Source of the DNA: an uncultured Candidatus Saccharibacteria bacterium | GTDB lineage: Bacteria > Patescibacteriota > Minisyncoccia > Minisyncoccales > Staskawiczbacteraceae | DNA length: 29,059 bases | NCBI GenBank assembly: GCA_964490095.1 | Contig: CAZBAA010000001.1 | Span: forward strand, 1-29,059 | Direction: 5' to 3' | Shown: in pieces, positions 7,433-16,668 of the stretch | Layout of the letters: every line of letters begins with the position of its first letter | Position numbering within the stretch: position 1 is the first letter of the stretch | Translations under genes and position numbers: made by a program | The notes under the pieces: generated by a model | The model's database searches: none | Seen by the model: only the letters and a program-made list of their open reading frames with translations | Told to the model about the DNA's origin: nothing

Positions 7433-9981
7433 TTTATTGTTTTGGCTATTTTTTTCACCATTAATTGAAACTGATTGCCTTTTTCTTCAAAATTCCTCCA
7501 CAAAGAATAACTTGGCGAAGCGCAAGACAACAAGCACACTCTCTTTTTTTTTGTGTATTTAAAGGCAAACTTCACTGCTTTTTCCATACTGGAAGTGTTC
7601 AAAATATTCAGTCCTTTTTTTTGCTTTATAATTCTGCCGCCGCTGTCAGGAAAAAGAACGACATTGTTTATTTTATATTTTTTAATTACTTTTTCTAACT
7701 TAGAGAAATCATACCCCCTGTCTTGGCCGCCAAGAAAAATTGTATCAACGTTTTTCAAAGATTTAATTGCTTGGATTGCGGCCTGGGGAGTTGTGGCATT
7801 GGCGTCGTCATAAAATTTAATACCAGCGAACTCTCCTGCGAACTCCAACCTATGAGGAAGGCCTTTAAAACTTTCAATGGTTTTTTTGATTGCAACATCG
7901 GGTATATTTAAAATTTTAGCAACTGTAATGGCGGCTCTAATATTTTCTTTATTATGTTCACCCAATAAAGGAATATTAATATTTTTAAAGGGAATATTCT
8001 TAATAAAGGGAACTGCTTTTGAAGAGGATTTTTTTGACCAGAGTAAAAGTTTTTTATATTTTGGGTTATAAACAAAAACATCATCGGGACTCTGAAAATT
8101 AATTATATTTTTCTTGGCAAGATGATAGTTCCCCACGCTAAGGTGATAATCCATATGTTCTTCAAATAAATTAGTTACCACCGAGATATTTGGTGAAAAA
8201 CCAATATCGCTCAGCTGATAACTGGAAAGTTCTAAAACAAAAACTTCATCTTTTTTTACTGGCTTTAAAAGGGCTCCTAACATAGGGTCTCCAATATTAC
8301 CCAAAATTGACACGGGCCTGCCGGATTTTTTTAAAATTAAATATATAAGCTGGGCTGTTGTGCTTTTGCCTTTGGTCCCGGTAACGCCAATTATCTTATT
8401 GCCCAACTGCTTAATTTTTGAAAAAAAGATATTGGTGGCCGTGGTATATTGAATTTTTACCAAGTCCTTAGGCATACCGGGAGTTTTTATCGCTAAATCA
8501 TAATTCTTCTGTTTTTTTAGATAATTTTTATCAAATTTGATATCAGCCACTCCAATTTTAAAACTTGGGTAGTTTTTCTTAACATATCTTTCAGTTACTT
8601 TACCCTCTCTGCCGTATCCTAAAATTAAAACACTTTTCATGCCTGAAAATCTGAACTGGCTGGGAATGTTTGGGCTAAAATTTATTTTAAAAACTTCTCT
8701 TACTAAAGAGCTTGGTCTTTTTATTTTTGGCAAGAAAATTTTAGGAACTAAATTATTCCTAAATTCTTTGGCAAAAGAATTTTTAGAAGCTAAATATAAA
8801 GCGGCTCTTGATTCATTAAAAGTTCCCACACAATCAAAGGGCTTCATTTTGCCAAAACCTAAGATATCTCTGAATAATGGCATTAATTTTTCTTCTTGAT
8901 AAAGGTTCTTCTGGAAAATTTTTAACAATTCTTTCTTGGATAAAAAAGCAGACAATAAAGTAAACATAAAAATACATTTAGGGCATTGACAGCACCACAA
9001 ATTGCTAATTTTTCTATTGCGCTTGGGTAAATTAATAACAAAGTTTTTGTTACAACTTGTAAAATTATTGAAATATTTTTTGTACTTTGAAAAAAGTTCC
9101 ACTATGCGTATTTCGTAAAAAGGGCGCAGTAAAGAAAAATAATGGACACTTGGAGTTATAAAGTTTTTTAAGTAATCTTGAAATAATATTTCAAATTCTG
9201 ATGACTTGCTCCATTGATGATTTATAATTTGGCCCTTATATTTTACATTGCCAAAATTACTGCTGTATTCATTAGCCACAACAAAATAAGAATATTTGTA
9301 TAAAACAGCGCACAAAATGCCTAATCCCGCTAAAATGGCAGAAACTGGAACATGTCCGTCATATTTATGCTCTTTTAATACTTTTTCGTCTAATAATCTT
9401 ATTATCTTTATAGAATTTACCTTTGATATACTTATTACATTATCAACAATTGGAGATTCTTTCTGCGATTGAACAAAAAAAGCTGTTATGTCAAAACCCT
9501 GCTCTTTTAAAAGTTCCAGAGCAACTATTGAATCTTTGCCGCCGCCTACTCCAACAAGGCATTTGCCGCTTTTTTTAAATTGCCAAGCAGTTTTTTTTAT
9601 GTTTTTCTTGAAAGGAAACTTGGGAGAAACTTTTGGATCAAGTTTGTTTTTGTAAAAAAATTCGGCCAGGCCATTTTTGTAAACTGTATTCCAAAAAATA
9701 GCTTCTTTGCTTGATAAAAAATAACTTGTCTTTACATTTGTCGCACAATAAAGCTTCCAGTAGCTGACACCCAACGCCAAATGCAGTCCTTCAAAAATTT
9801 TATCCAAAAGGCCGGCGGGAATTTCTTTAAGATTGGGTACTTTTGGCAAGATAATGGTTTCCGTAAAAAAAAGAGGAGGCCTATCTTCAAACTCAGTCTT
9901 ATAATTAAAAAAGACCTTTTTTTCAGCAGGTTCAAACTTCCAAGAAACAAATTCAAAAGTTGTGGCTTTTGACTTTACCAT
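7429..9981 (-). CDS. murD: Fusion of MurL (UDP-MurNAc-L-Ala-L-Glu epimerase, aa 1-447) and MurD-type glutamate ligase (aa 448-850)
   Basis: The N-half has GGGKDS, GHVP, NHQWSKS, LLRP, SCN, WCCQCPKC and KPFDCVG (MurL motifs). The C-half starts at Met448 (ATG at 8640) and has LGYGREG, GTKGKSTT, GNIG, LELSSYQL, GLPHRLE and GGQDRG. Confidence 0.9.
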   Translation of the reverse strand: MVKSKATTFEFVSWKFEPAEKKVFFNYKTEFEDRPPLFFTETIILPKVPNLKEIPAGLLDKIFEGLHLALGVSYWKLYCATNVKTSYFLSSKEAIFWNTVYKNGLAEFFYKNKLDPKVSPKFPFKKNIKKTAWQFKKSGKCLVGVGGGKDSIVALELLKEQGFDITAFFVQSQKESPIVDNVISISKVNSIKIIRLLDEKVLKEHKYDGHVPVSAILAGLGILCAVLYKYSYFVVANEYSSNFGNVKYKGQIINHQWSKSSEFEILFQDYLKNFITPSVHYFSLLRPFYEIRIVELFSKYKKYFNNFTSCNKNFVINLPKRNRKISNLWCCQCPKCIFMFTLLSAFLSKKELLKIFQKNLYQEEKLMPLFRDILGFGKMKPFDCVGTFNESRAALYLASKNSFAKEFRNNLVPKIFLPKIKRPSSLVREVFKINFSPNIPSQFRFSGMKSVLILGYGREGKVTERYVKKNYPSFKIGVADIKFDKNYLKKQKNYDLAIKTPGMPKDLVKIQYTTATNIFFSKIKQLGNKIIGVTGTKGKSTTAQLIYLILKKSGRPVSILGNIGDPMLGALLKPVKKDEVFVLELSSYQLSDIGFSPNISVVTNLFEEHMDYHLSVGNYHLAKKNIINFQSPDDVFVYNPKYKKLLLWSKKSSSKAVPFIKNIPFKNINIPLLGEHNKENIRAAITVAKILNIPDVAIKKTIESFKGLPHRLEFAGEFAGIKFYDDANATTPQAAIQAIKSLKNVDTIFLGGQDRGYDFSKLEKVIKKYKINNVVLFPDSGGRIIKQKKGLNILNTSSMEKAVKFAFKYTKKKRVCLLSCASPSYSLWRNFEEKGNQFQLMVKKIAKTIK
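9736..9752 (-). repeat. Copy D of the dispersed motif, inside the murL coding sequence
   Basis: The minus strand reads TTTATTGTGCGACAAAT (within codons for L-Y-C-A-T-N), identical to plus-strand 1954-1970. Confidence 0.7.
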
Positions 9982-9982
9982 A

Positions 9983-11017
9983 TTAACTTAACAATCTTAT
10001 GGCTAAACCCACGATTGCCAAGACTACTCCTAAAATCCAAGCCCGCATTGTAATTTTGTATTGCGGCCAGCCAATTGCTTCAAAATGGTGGTGTATTGGA
10101 GTAGAAAGGAAAATCTTTCTTTTCCTAAATTTTTTAGATAAGAGTTGTATTATTACAGAGCTGGTCTCTAAAACCAAGAGGCCGGCAATAATTGGTAAAA
10201 CAAACACAGAATCGGTTAAAAAAGCTACCACTGATAAAACAGCAGTTAATCCTAACGTCCCTGTTTCACTCATATAAAATCGGGCGGGAGGTATATTAAA
10301 CCACAAAAAAGTCAACAAAGCTCCTGTGATTACGGCGCAAAACGTAGCTAAATCCACTTTTCCCTGAAAAAAAGCGATTATTGTAAATGCTCCAAAAATT
10401 GAAGCAAAAGTTCCGCCGGCCAATCCATCCAAACCATCAATAATTCCGCCAGACCAAGTAGCCGTCATTACTAAAACAAAAAGAGGAATATAAAAATAAC
10501 CAATCGAAACGCTGCCAAGCAAAGGCACGGTAATGGCATCCCACCCTAATTTATAGTAAAACCAAAATCCGCCTACAAGACCGAGCAAAATTACAATAAA
10601 AAGTCGTTTTTTTAAAGAAAGTCCTCCGCCAATATATTTTCCTTTACCAAAAACCTGCAAAAAATCGTCCGAAAATCCAACTAAAGAAGCAACTACTAAA
10701 GTGAACAAAGGCAACCAGGTTTGACTTCTTGATAAGAAATTTAAAGAGGGAAACCAATAAAAAAGAAAAATGACTAAAACCACTGTCACCCAAATTAAAA
10801 GCCCTCCAAAACGAGGCACAAGCACCTCTCTGTCTTTGTGAAGGTTATAAAAAACAGAGGCCTCTTCGCCGCTTATCGCTTTTGTCCTTGCTTCTTTTTT
10901 CCAAAGCTTGTGTTTGTATAAAAAATTAGTCAGCAAGGGGCACCAAATAGCAGCTATAAGGGAGGCTAAAGCCGCCGACCCCAAAATCTTAATGACATTA
11001 AAAGCAAGCAAAGTCAT
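9983..11017 (-). CDS. mraY: Phospho-N-acetylmuramoyl-pentapeptide transferase
   Basis: GFSDD, IDGLDGLA, WFNIPPARFYMSETG and TPIHHHFEAIGW; multi-pass membrane protein. Confidence 0.96.
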   Translation of the reverse strand: MTLLAFNVIKILGSAALASLIAAIWCPLLTNFLYKHKLWKKEARTKAISGEEASVFYNLHKDREVLVPRFGGLLIWVTVVLVIFLFYWFPSLNFLSRSQTWLPLFTLVVASLVGFSDDFLQVFGKGKYIGGGLSLKKRLFIVILLGLVGGFWFYYKLGWDAITVPLLGSVSIGYFYIPLFVLVMTATWSGGIIDGLDGLAGGTFASIFGAFTIIAFFQGKVDLATFCAVITGALLTFLWFNIPPARFYMSETGTLGLTAVLSVVAFLTDSVFVLPIIAGLLVLETSSVIIQLLSKKFRKRKIFLSTPIHHHFEAIGWPQYKITMRAWILGVVLAIVGLAIRLLS

Positions 11018-11026
11018 ATGCTAAAA

Positions 11027-11983
11027 TTACCATTCGTAAGGTGCATCCAGCCAGTTAATTATTGTTTTCATGTCTTCTTGCCTGTCGGCAGACCCCAAAA
11101 CAACATGTATTAAATAATTTCCCTCTTTGGGGCTTTTTTCAATCACAAGAAAGCTCCCTCTGGCATAACTGGTAAAACCAGTTTTACCGCCAACAACTTC
11201 GGGTATTGCTTCTAAGAGCTTATTGGTATTTATTAATTTATGATGAAGTTCACCGTTATCTAAATATAAATCATGTTCCTTAATGCCTGTAATTTGCCAA
11301 ACTAACGGATACTTATTAAGCAAATATTCCGTCAGCGCCACTAAATCTTTTGCTGTAGAATAAGAGCCCGGGTCTAGCCCGCTGGAATCTGCAAAACGGC
11401 TATTTAAAAGCCCCAAACTATTTGCCTTTGCATTCATTAGAGCCACAAACCCTTGCTGCCCCAAGATTGAAGAAAGGGCAAAAGCCGCATCGTTGCTAGA
11501 TTCAATCAGCATTATATACAAAAGATTTTTTACCGAAAGAATCTGACCTTCTTTCAAACTTCCCTGATCGCCTTCTTGCAAAACGTCTTCTGCTTTTATT
11601 GCCAATTGCTGTTGCAAATTGTAGTTATCTAAAACCACCAAAGCCGTCATAAGTTTTGACAAACTGGCTATCGGTAAAATCTTTGTTTCGTCTTTTCTAA
11701 AAAGAACTTTCTTTTGCAATAATAAATCTGTCTCAACAGAAATAGCTGCCTCTGTATCAATTTTTAAATCCTCTACTTGCCAATTCCTTAATGGCAATAA
11801 ATTTTGAGGAACAGTTACTTCTTTTACACCAGCTATAAAATTCTGTTGCTTTGAAACTATTTTTCTTTCAAGAAAACTGTACAAATTAACAAAAAACCAT
11901 TGCAGAACCCACAAAATGATTCCTACCAAAAAAATAAAAACAAAAAACAATAAAATATTTTTAACTGCAGACCTTATGTTCAT
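11027..11983 (-). CDS. Serine D-alanyl-D-alanine carboxypeptidase (peptidase S11, DacA-like)
   Basis: SxxK (IASLSKLMT), SxN (ESSNDAA) and KTG (GGKTGFT), with an N-terminal membrane anchor. Confidence 0.93.
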   Translation of the reverse strand: MNIRSAVKNILLFFVFIFLVGIILWVLQWFFVNLYSFLERKIVSKQQNFIAGVKEVTVPQNLLPLRNWQVEDLKIDTEAAISVETDLLLQKKVLFRKDETKILPIASLSKLMTALVVLDNYNLQQQLAIKAEDVLQEGDQGSLKEGQILSVKNLLYIMLIESSNDAAFALSSILGQQGFVALMNAKANSLGLLNSRFADSSGLDPGSYSTAKDLVALTEYLLNKYPLVWQITGIKEHDLYLDNGELHHKLINTNKLLEAIPEVVGGKTGFTSYARGSFLVIEKSPKEGNYLIHVVLGSADRQEDMKTIINWLDAPYEW

Positions 11984-11994
11984 TGTATTAATAA

Positions 11995-13326
11995 CTATGG
12001 AGTTAATCTTTTTACGCCGCGATAAAGAAACATTGCATCTCTTACGTTATCAATTCCAAAAAGTTTCATAATCATACGATTCGGACCCATGCCATAACCG
12101 CCGTGCGGAGGACAACCGTATTTGAAAAAATCTAAATAAAATTGTAATTTTTTAATATTCATTTTTTTACTTTTTGCCTGAGCTACTAAAACATTATAAC
12201 GATGCTCTCTTTGAGCTCCAGTTGTAATTTCAAGCCCGCCCCAAAAGAGGTCAAAACTTTTTGTCAATGTCGGATATTTTTCATCATGCATATGATAAAA
12301 AGGCCTTGCAGATACCGGATATTCCGTGACAAACACAAACTCATGTCTGTATTTTTCCTTTATATAATCGCTTAAACCCCGTTCTTCTTCAGGAGATAGG
12401 TCTCCTTTTTTTTCGCTTCTAACTCCCTTTTTAGAAAGAATAATCTTTGTTTCTTTCATCGATATTCGCGGAAAAGGAAGAGAAGGAATGACAATTTCTT
12501 TATCAAAAATTTTTTTAATTTCTTCACCATACGTTCTTTTTATTTTTTGCAATCCATAATTAATCATTCTCTCTTCCTCATCCAGTATGTCGTCATGCGA
12601 ATCAATAAAAGAAATCTCTGCATCATAGTCGGTAAACTCTGTTGCATGACGGGAAGTAAACGACGGCTCAGCGCGAAAAACCGGACCTATCTCGAAAACT
12701 CTTTCAAAACCCGCTGCCATAGCCATCTGCTTATAAAACTGCGGGCTTTGGGCAAGATATGCTTTCTTTTTAAAATATTTTACTTCAAAAACCTCTGATC
12801 CTGATTCGCTGGCAGTGGCAATGAGTTTTGGAGAATGTATTTCTATATAATTATTTGAAATCCAAAATTCTCTAAAGGCAGATTCCATCAACGTCCAAAC
12901 TTTAAAAATTAATAAATTTTTAGGCTTACGTAGATCTATCCAGCGCCAGTCCATTCTTGTATCAATTTCCGGATCTTCCGCAACTTCTTCACCGACTGGT
13001 ATCGGCGGAGTTTCTGCCTTTGACAAAACATTTAAAGATTCCACCGAGAGCTCAACTTCTCCTGTTTCAATTTTTGGGTTGACCATTTGTTCAGGCCTTT
13101 TTACAATTTGTCCTGTAATTTCCACCACCCATTCTGGCCTTAGGTTTTGAGCTAATTCATAAACTTGCTTATTTTGAGGCACAAAAACCGCTTGTAAAAC
13201 ACCGCTTCTATCGCGCAGATCAATGAATAAAATTTTACCGTGAGACCTCCTGGTATTTACCCAACCAGCTACCCTCACCTTTTCTCCCACGTGTTTTGCT
13301 GTTTCATTAACTAAAAATCTTTGCAT
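11995..13326 (-). CDS. aspS: Short archaeal-type, probably non-discriminating aspartate--tRNA(Asp/Asn) ligase
   Basis: OB-fold GWV...RSHGKILFIDLRD, LAQSPQFYKQ, FRAEPS...RHATEF and PPHGGYG. At 443 aa it lacks the bacterial GAD insertion. Confidence 0.92.
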   Translation of the reverse strand: MQRFLVNETAKHVGEKVRVAGWVNTRRSHGKILFIDLRDRSGVLQAVFVPQNKQVYELAQNLRPEWVVEITGQIVKRPEQMVNPKIETGEVELSVESLNVLSKAETPPIPVGEEVAEDPEIDTRMDWRWIDLRKPKNLLIFKVWTLMESAFREFWISNNYIEIHSPKLIATASESGSEVFEVKYFKKKAYLAQSPQFYKQMAMAAGFERVFEIGPVFRAEPSFTSRHATEFTDYDAEISFIDSHDDILDEEERMINYGLQKIKRTYGEEIKKIFDKEIVIPSLPFPRISMKETKIILSKKGVRSEKKGDLSPEEERGLSDYIKEKYRHEFVFVTEYPVSARPFYHMHDEKYPTLTKSFDLFWGGLEITTGAQREHRYNVLVAQAKSKKMNIKKLQFYLDFFKYGCPPHGGYGMGPNRMIMKLFGIDNVRDAMFLYRGVKRLTP

Positions 13327-13337
13327 GGTTTTTCATT

Positions 13338-15329
13338 TTACCTTAACTTTAACAAATTTACTATAAAACTCCCTACTAAATTCAAGGCAGCCAAGAAGAT
13401 ATCCAATAAACTGACAGAGCCAGAATGAATAGGTTTGACATTAATTGTGACTGTCGCTTCATTGGATGTAAGTGTACCGCTGGTGATTTTGTAACGAAAG
13501 GTGGCAATTCCTGAAAAACCTGAACTGGGGGTAAACTTATAAATATATGGATAATAAGGATTAACTTCAAGCTGTCCGCCGCTTGGAGGATTTGTAATGA
13601 TATATGTCATATTTTCTTCATTGGCATTACCGGATCTCAAATCAATATCTCTGGGAATGCTTGTAATATTTAAATAGTTAAGTAAATCGTTCATATCCGT
13701 AAGTCCAATATCATTTATGTCCGGAGGACTGATTAAGGCAATGTCTCCTTCGTTCAACACCTTAGATATTTTCTGGATTAAATCGTCAGAACCATTATAA
13801 AACCGAATAAAGCGCGTGGCCCTGTCTCTATAAAGATCGTCCGGGCCAAAACTTGCAGGATTTTTGACAGAATTTTGTTGATTCTGAAGAGTGTCTTCAC
13901 GAATCCAATAATTAAGCTGGAGTTGGTATGGGTCATTTTCCAGTCTGGGTTTTGCTTCTACTCTGACATTAACAATCTCATATTTACCAATTAGGCCGCC
14001 GGCTCCGCATAGGCCACTGTCAAGGCCATTGCAATCTCTCTTAGAAGGGTTTGAAAGCACTTCAAGCGCTCTTTTAGTCGCAACATGGTTGGCGCCGTTT
14101 CCTGCTGAATTGTCTAATGTGAAATCTCTAAAACCAACTTCAAATAAAGGTTTAAATAGCGACCACAGATAATCCCAGTATTCTTGGCTAAGTTTATCAG
14201 ATAATTTATTCAATTCGTAGTCATTGTGTGGTGAGCCGACATGAACTTGAACAGTAATATTAGGATATGTTTCATTAAACTCCTTCCAGAGACCCCACGT
14301 TGCTAAAATAGGCGGTTCTTGTCCGTTGTTTTGGGCCATATACCAATCGCGATAAATTGTATTTAATTCGGTCCAAGCTGAAAGTTGAAATGCCTCAATT
14401 TTTGCCTTTGTGGTTCCATCTGTGGCTGTATAATACCCATGTCTACCAAAGGGAGCATCTAATTCTAAAAACTTAGCCCCGCCGGCAATATCGTTTTTAA
14501 ATCTGTTAATTACGGATGTCCAACCACCTGTCGCTCCGTAACCGATACGCCGATTACTGACATCGTCATAGATATCATTGGGGTTACCAATATCATAAAC
14601 TTGAGGTGGCGAAGAAGTACCGACATTATACATGATGCCAATCATATCTTTTGGATCAATGGTAACTGATTGGGAAACAGCCGCCAGCGTTGGAGCCAAA
14701 GAACAGTTTTGTGAAATTATTGGCGACTGCGTATCTATTAAAGGACAATCGAAAGTTTTTGTGCAAGTTCTGGTTTGAGAACCAGAAGCAGAACAAGAAC
14801 TCCAATTTCCGCATGACCAAGTATCCGCCTGGCAAGAATTTTGATCTGGCTGAAGCGGTTGCTCTAAAGCAGCGCAACTCTGCGAAGTTTCAGGAGAAGG
14901 CGTATTTACCGAAGGACAATTAGAAACTATTGCGCAGGCCCTAGTGCGAGTACCAGAAGTAGTAGAACAAGAACTCCAATCACTGCACGACCAAGTATCT
15001 GCTTGGCATGATGAAGAAGTTGGAGTTGGGGTTGGAGTTGGGGTTGGAGTAGAAGTCGGAGCCGGCCTCACAGGAGTAACTGCAATACCATTGCGTGGTT
15101 GGGAAACTTCTTCTAAGGAAGGGCTCTTTTTTCTTAAGCTCTGAACAAGATCTCCAAACTCGCTCAATAGCGACTGGTTCTGCTGAGTGAAAACCTCATG
15201 TTTTTGCTGTTGTTCAACTAAATATCTGGGCAGCAGCGCGCTGTAAATCAAATACAACCATAGAAGAAGCACTACTGTGAATACCAGAATTATGATTTTT
15301 AATAAGAAGCTTCCTTTTTGTTTGTTCAC
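13338..15329 (-). CDS. Cell-surface multidomain protein: TM anchor, PT linker, 2 thrombospondin-type-1-like repeats, ~310-aa putative catalytic domain, Ig/cadherin-like domain, hydrophobic tail
   Basis: Long clean ORF in the operon. Visible motifs: TPTPTPTPT, CQADTWSC(S/G)xWSSCS..RTR.C twice, and YIITNPPSGG...FTPSSGFSGIATFRY...SNEATVTINV. Confidence 0.8.
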   Translation of the reverse strand: MNKQKGSFLLKIIILVFTVVLLLWLYLIYSALLPRYLVEQQQKHEVFTQQNQSLLSEFGDLVQSLRKKSPSLEEVSQPRNGIAVTPVRPAPTSTPTPTPTPTPTSSSCQADTWSCSDWSSCSTTSGTRTRACAIVSNCPSVNTPSPETSQSCAALEQPLQPDQNSCQADTWSCGNWSSCSASGSQTRTCTKTFDCPLIDTQSPIISQNCSLAPTLAAVSQSVTIDPKDMIGIMYNVGTSSPPQVYDIGNPNDIYDDVSNRRIGYGATGGWTSVINRFKNDIAGGAKFLELDAPFGRHGYYTATDGTTKAKIEAFQLSAWTELNTIYRDWYMAQNNGQEPPILATWGLWKEFNETYPNITVQVHVGSPHNDYELNKLSDKLSQEYWDYLWSLFKPLFEVGFRDFTLDNSAGNGANHVATKRALEVLSNPSKRDCNGLDSGLCGAGGLIGKYEIVNVRVEAKPRLENDPYQLQLNYWIREDTLQNQQNSVKNPASFGPDDLYRDRATRFIRFYNGSDDLIQKISKVLNEGDIALISPPDINDIGLTDMNDLLNYLNITSIPRDIDLRSGNANEENMTYIITNPPSGGQLEVNPYYPYIYKFTPSSGFSGIATFRYKITSGTLTSNEATVTINVKPIHSGSVSLLDIFLAALNLVGSFIVNLLKLR
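14703..15008 (-). repeat. Two tandem TSP1-like Cys/Trp repeats (58-codon period)
   Basis: GACCAAGTATC at 14815 and 14989 (174 nt apart). Six Cys are conserved per unit. Confidence 0.85.
15019..15050. repeat. 12-bp tandem repeat (GTTGGAGTTGGG x2.7) encoding the Pro-Thr linker
   Basis: Seen directly in the sequence. Confidence 0.85.
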
Positions 15330-15335
15330 AAATCA

Positions 15336-16532
15336 CTATTTTATTTTTATTTTAATAAATCTCTTACCGGTTTTAATAACCATGCCGTTTTTTATATTAA
15401 TAATCTTTTTCCAATCGTCAATTTTTACCTTTTTTCCATTAATCTCTATTGTGACAGCCCCGCCTTGAACTAAACGTTTTGCCTCATTTTTTGACAAAGT
15501 GACTTTTGCATCAAAAAGCAAATCCAAAACAGGATATGAATTTTTTGAGGTTTTGAAGATCGGCATACTTGCCGGCAATTTTTTCTGGCGGAAAACTTTG
15601 TCAAAATTATTTTGAGCAAGTTGTGCACTTTTCTCTCCGTGATACATTCTAACAATTTCTCTTGCCAAATCTGCTTTTGCATCCCGCGGATTATCCGAAG
15701 ATTTTTTGATGTCATCAATTTCTTTTTTAGATAAACGAGTAGCTAATTCAAAATATTCATCCATTAATTCATCTTTTATAGACATTACTTTTCCGTACAT
15801 GTCTTTAGGTTCATCAACAATTGTTATTAAGTTCCCCCAACTTGTGGACATTTTTCGACCGTCTAATCCTGAAAGCATTTTTAGAATCAATATGTCTTGT
15901 AGCTTCTGTTTAAATTCTTTTTGTATTTCTCTACCTACCTGTAAATTAAAAAGTTGGTCAGAGCCTCCGGTTTCAACGTCGGAGTTTACCATCACAGAAT
16001 CGTATCCTTGAAGCAGAGGGTAGTCCAATTCGTGCAAACCAATTGGTTTTGAGGCCTCCCATCTATCTTTGAAGTTTCTCCTCTGTATTGTCTGCTGGGC
16101 CGTAAACAGCATCTGTAAAGAAATAAAATCTCTTATTTTCATTTTTGAAAACCACTTGCTATTGTAAAGCAACTCAACCTTCTTCATATCTAAAATTTTA
16201 CCGATCTGTTGCACATAGCTCGCCATATTCTTTTTTACCTCCCTTTCAGTTAAAATTTTTCTCATGGAATCCTTGTCTGAAGCATCTCCTATTTGAGCGG
16301 TAAAATCACCGATGATCAAAACTATTTTATGACCTAATTCCTGGAAATCTCTTAATTTCCAAAACTGAAGAGCCCTGCCTATGTGTATTTTAGGACCAGT
16401 TGGGTCTATCCCATGTTTTATTCTTAACTGTTTGCCCGATCGCAGTTTTTCAAGCAAACTTTTTCTTTCGAAAACATCTTCCACTCCTCTGCTTAAAATT
16501 TCTTCTATTTTCTGAGAATTTGTGTCTATCAT
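15336..16532 (-). CDS. tyrS: Tyrosine--tRNA ligase
   Basis: GIDPTGPKIHIG, YPLLQGYD, GGSDQLFN, KMSTS and a C-terminal S4 domain. The ATG at 16532 is preferred over the TTG at 16544. Confidence 0.97.
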   Translation of the reverse strand: MIDTNSQKIEEILSRGVEDVFERKSLLEKLRSGKQLRIKHGIDPTGPKIHIGRALQFWKLRDFQELGHKIVLIIGDFTAQIGDASDKDSMRKILTEREVKKNMASYVQQIGKILDMKKVELLYNSKWFSKMKIRDFISLQMLFTAQQTIQRRNFKDRWEASKPIGLHELDYPLLQGYDSVMVNSDVETGGSDQLFNLQVGREIQKEFKQKLQDILILKMLSGLDGRKMSTSWGNLITIVDEPKDMYGKVMSIKDELMDEYFELATRLSKKEIDDIKKSSDNPRDAKADLAREIVRMYHGEKSAQLAQNNFDKVFRQKKLPASMPIFKTSKNSYPVLDLLFDAKVTLSKNEAKRLVQGGAVTIEINGKKVKIDDWKKIINIKNGMVIKTGKRFIKIKIK

Positions 16533-16552
16533 ATTTTTATACAAGTTAACTT

Positions 16553-16602
16553 ATTATACCTGTTTTGAATAAAGTTGACAAAGTTTTATAAGATAATACA
16601 AT
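16553..16602. promoter_or_regulatory. Back-to-back sigma70 promoters with overlapping -35 elements (tyrS and the small ORF)
   Basis: Minus strand: TTGTCA(16581-16576)-N17-TATAAT(16558-16553). Plus strand: TTGACA(16575-16580)-N16-TACAAT(16597-16602). Confidence 0.75.
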
Positions 16603-16668
16603 TAAAAAGCGTTCTAAAATTAGAACAGTTCGCAGCTATTTGACAACCTTTTTTGAAAGGAATCTGAG

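Noticed and set aside
11078-11095. TGCC-TGTC-GGCA mini-hairpin in the carboxypeptidase gene
   Set aside because: The stem is only 4 bp and it encodes the ordinary LGSADR motif, with no apparent insertion.
16611-16631. GTTC/GAAC words as a LexA box
   Set aside because: The spacing (GTTC-N8-GAAC; GAAC-N1-GTTC) does not match the GAAC-N4-GTTC or GTTC-N7-GTTC boxes I know.
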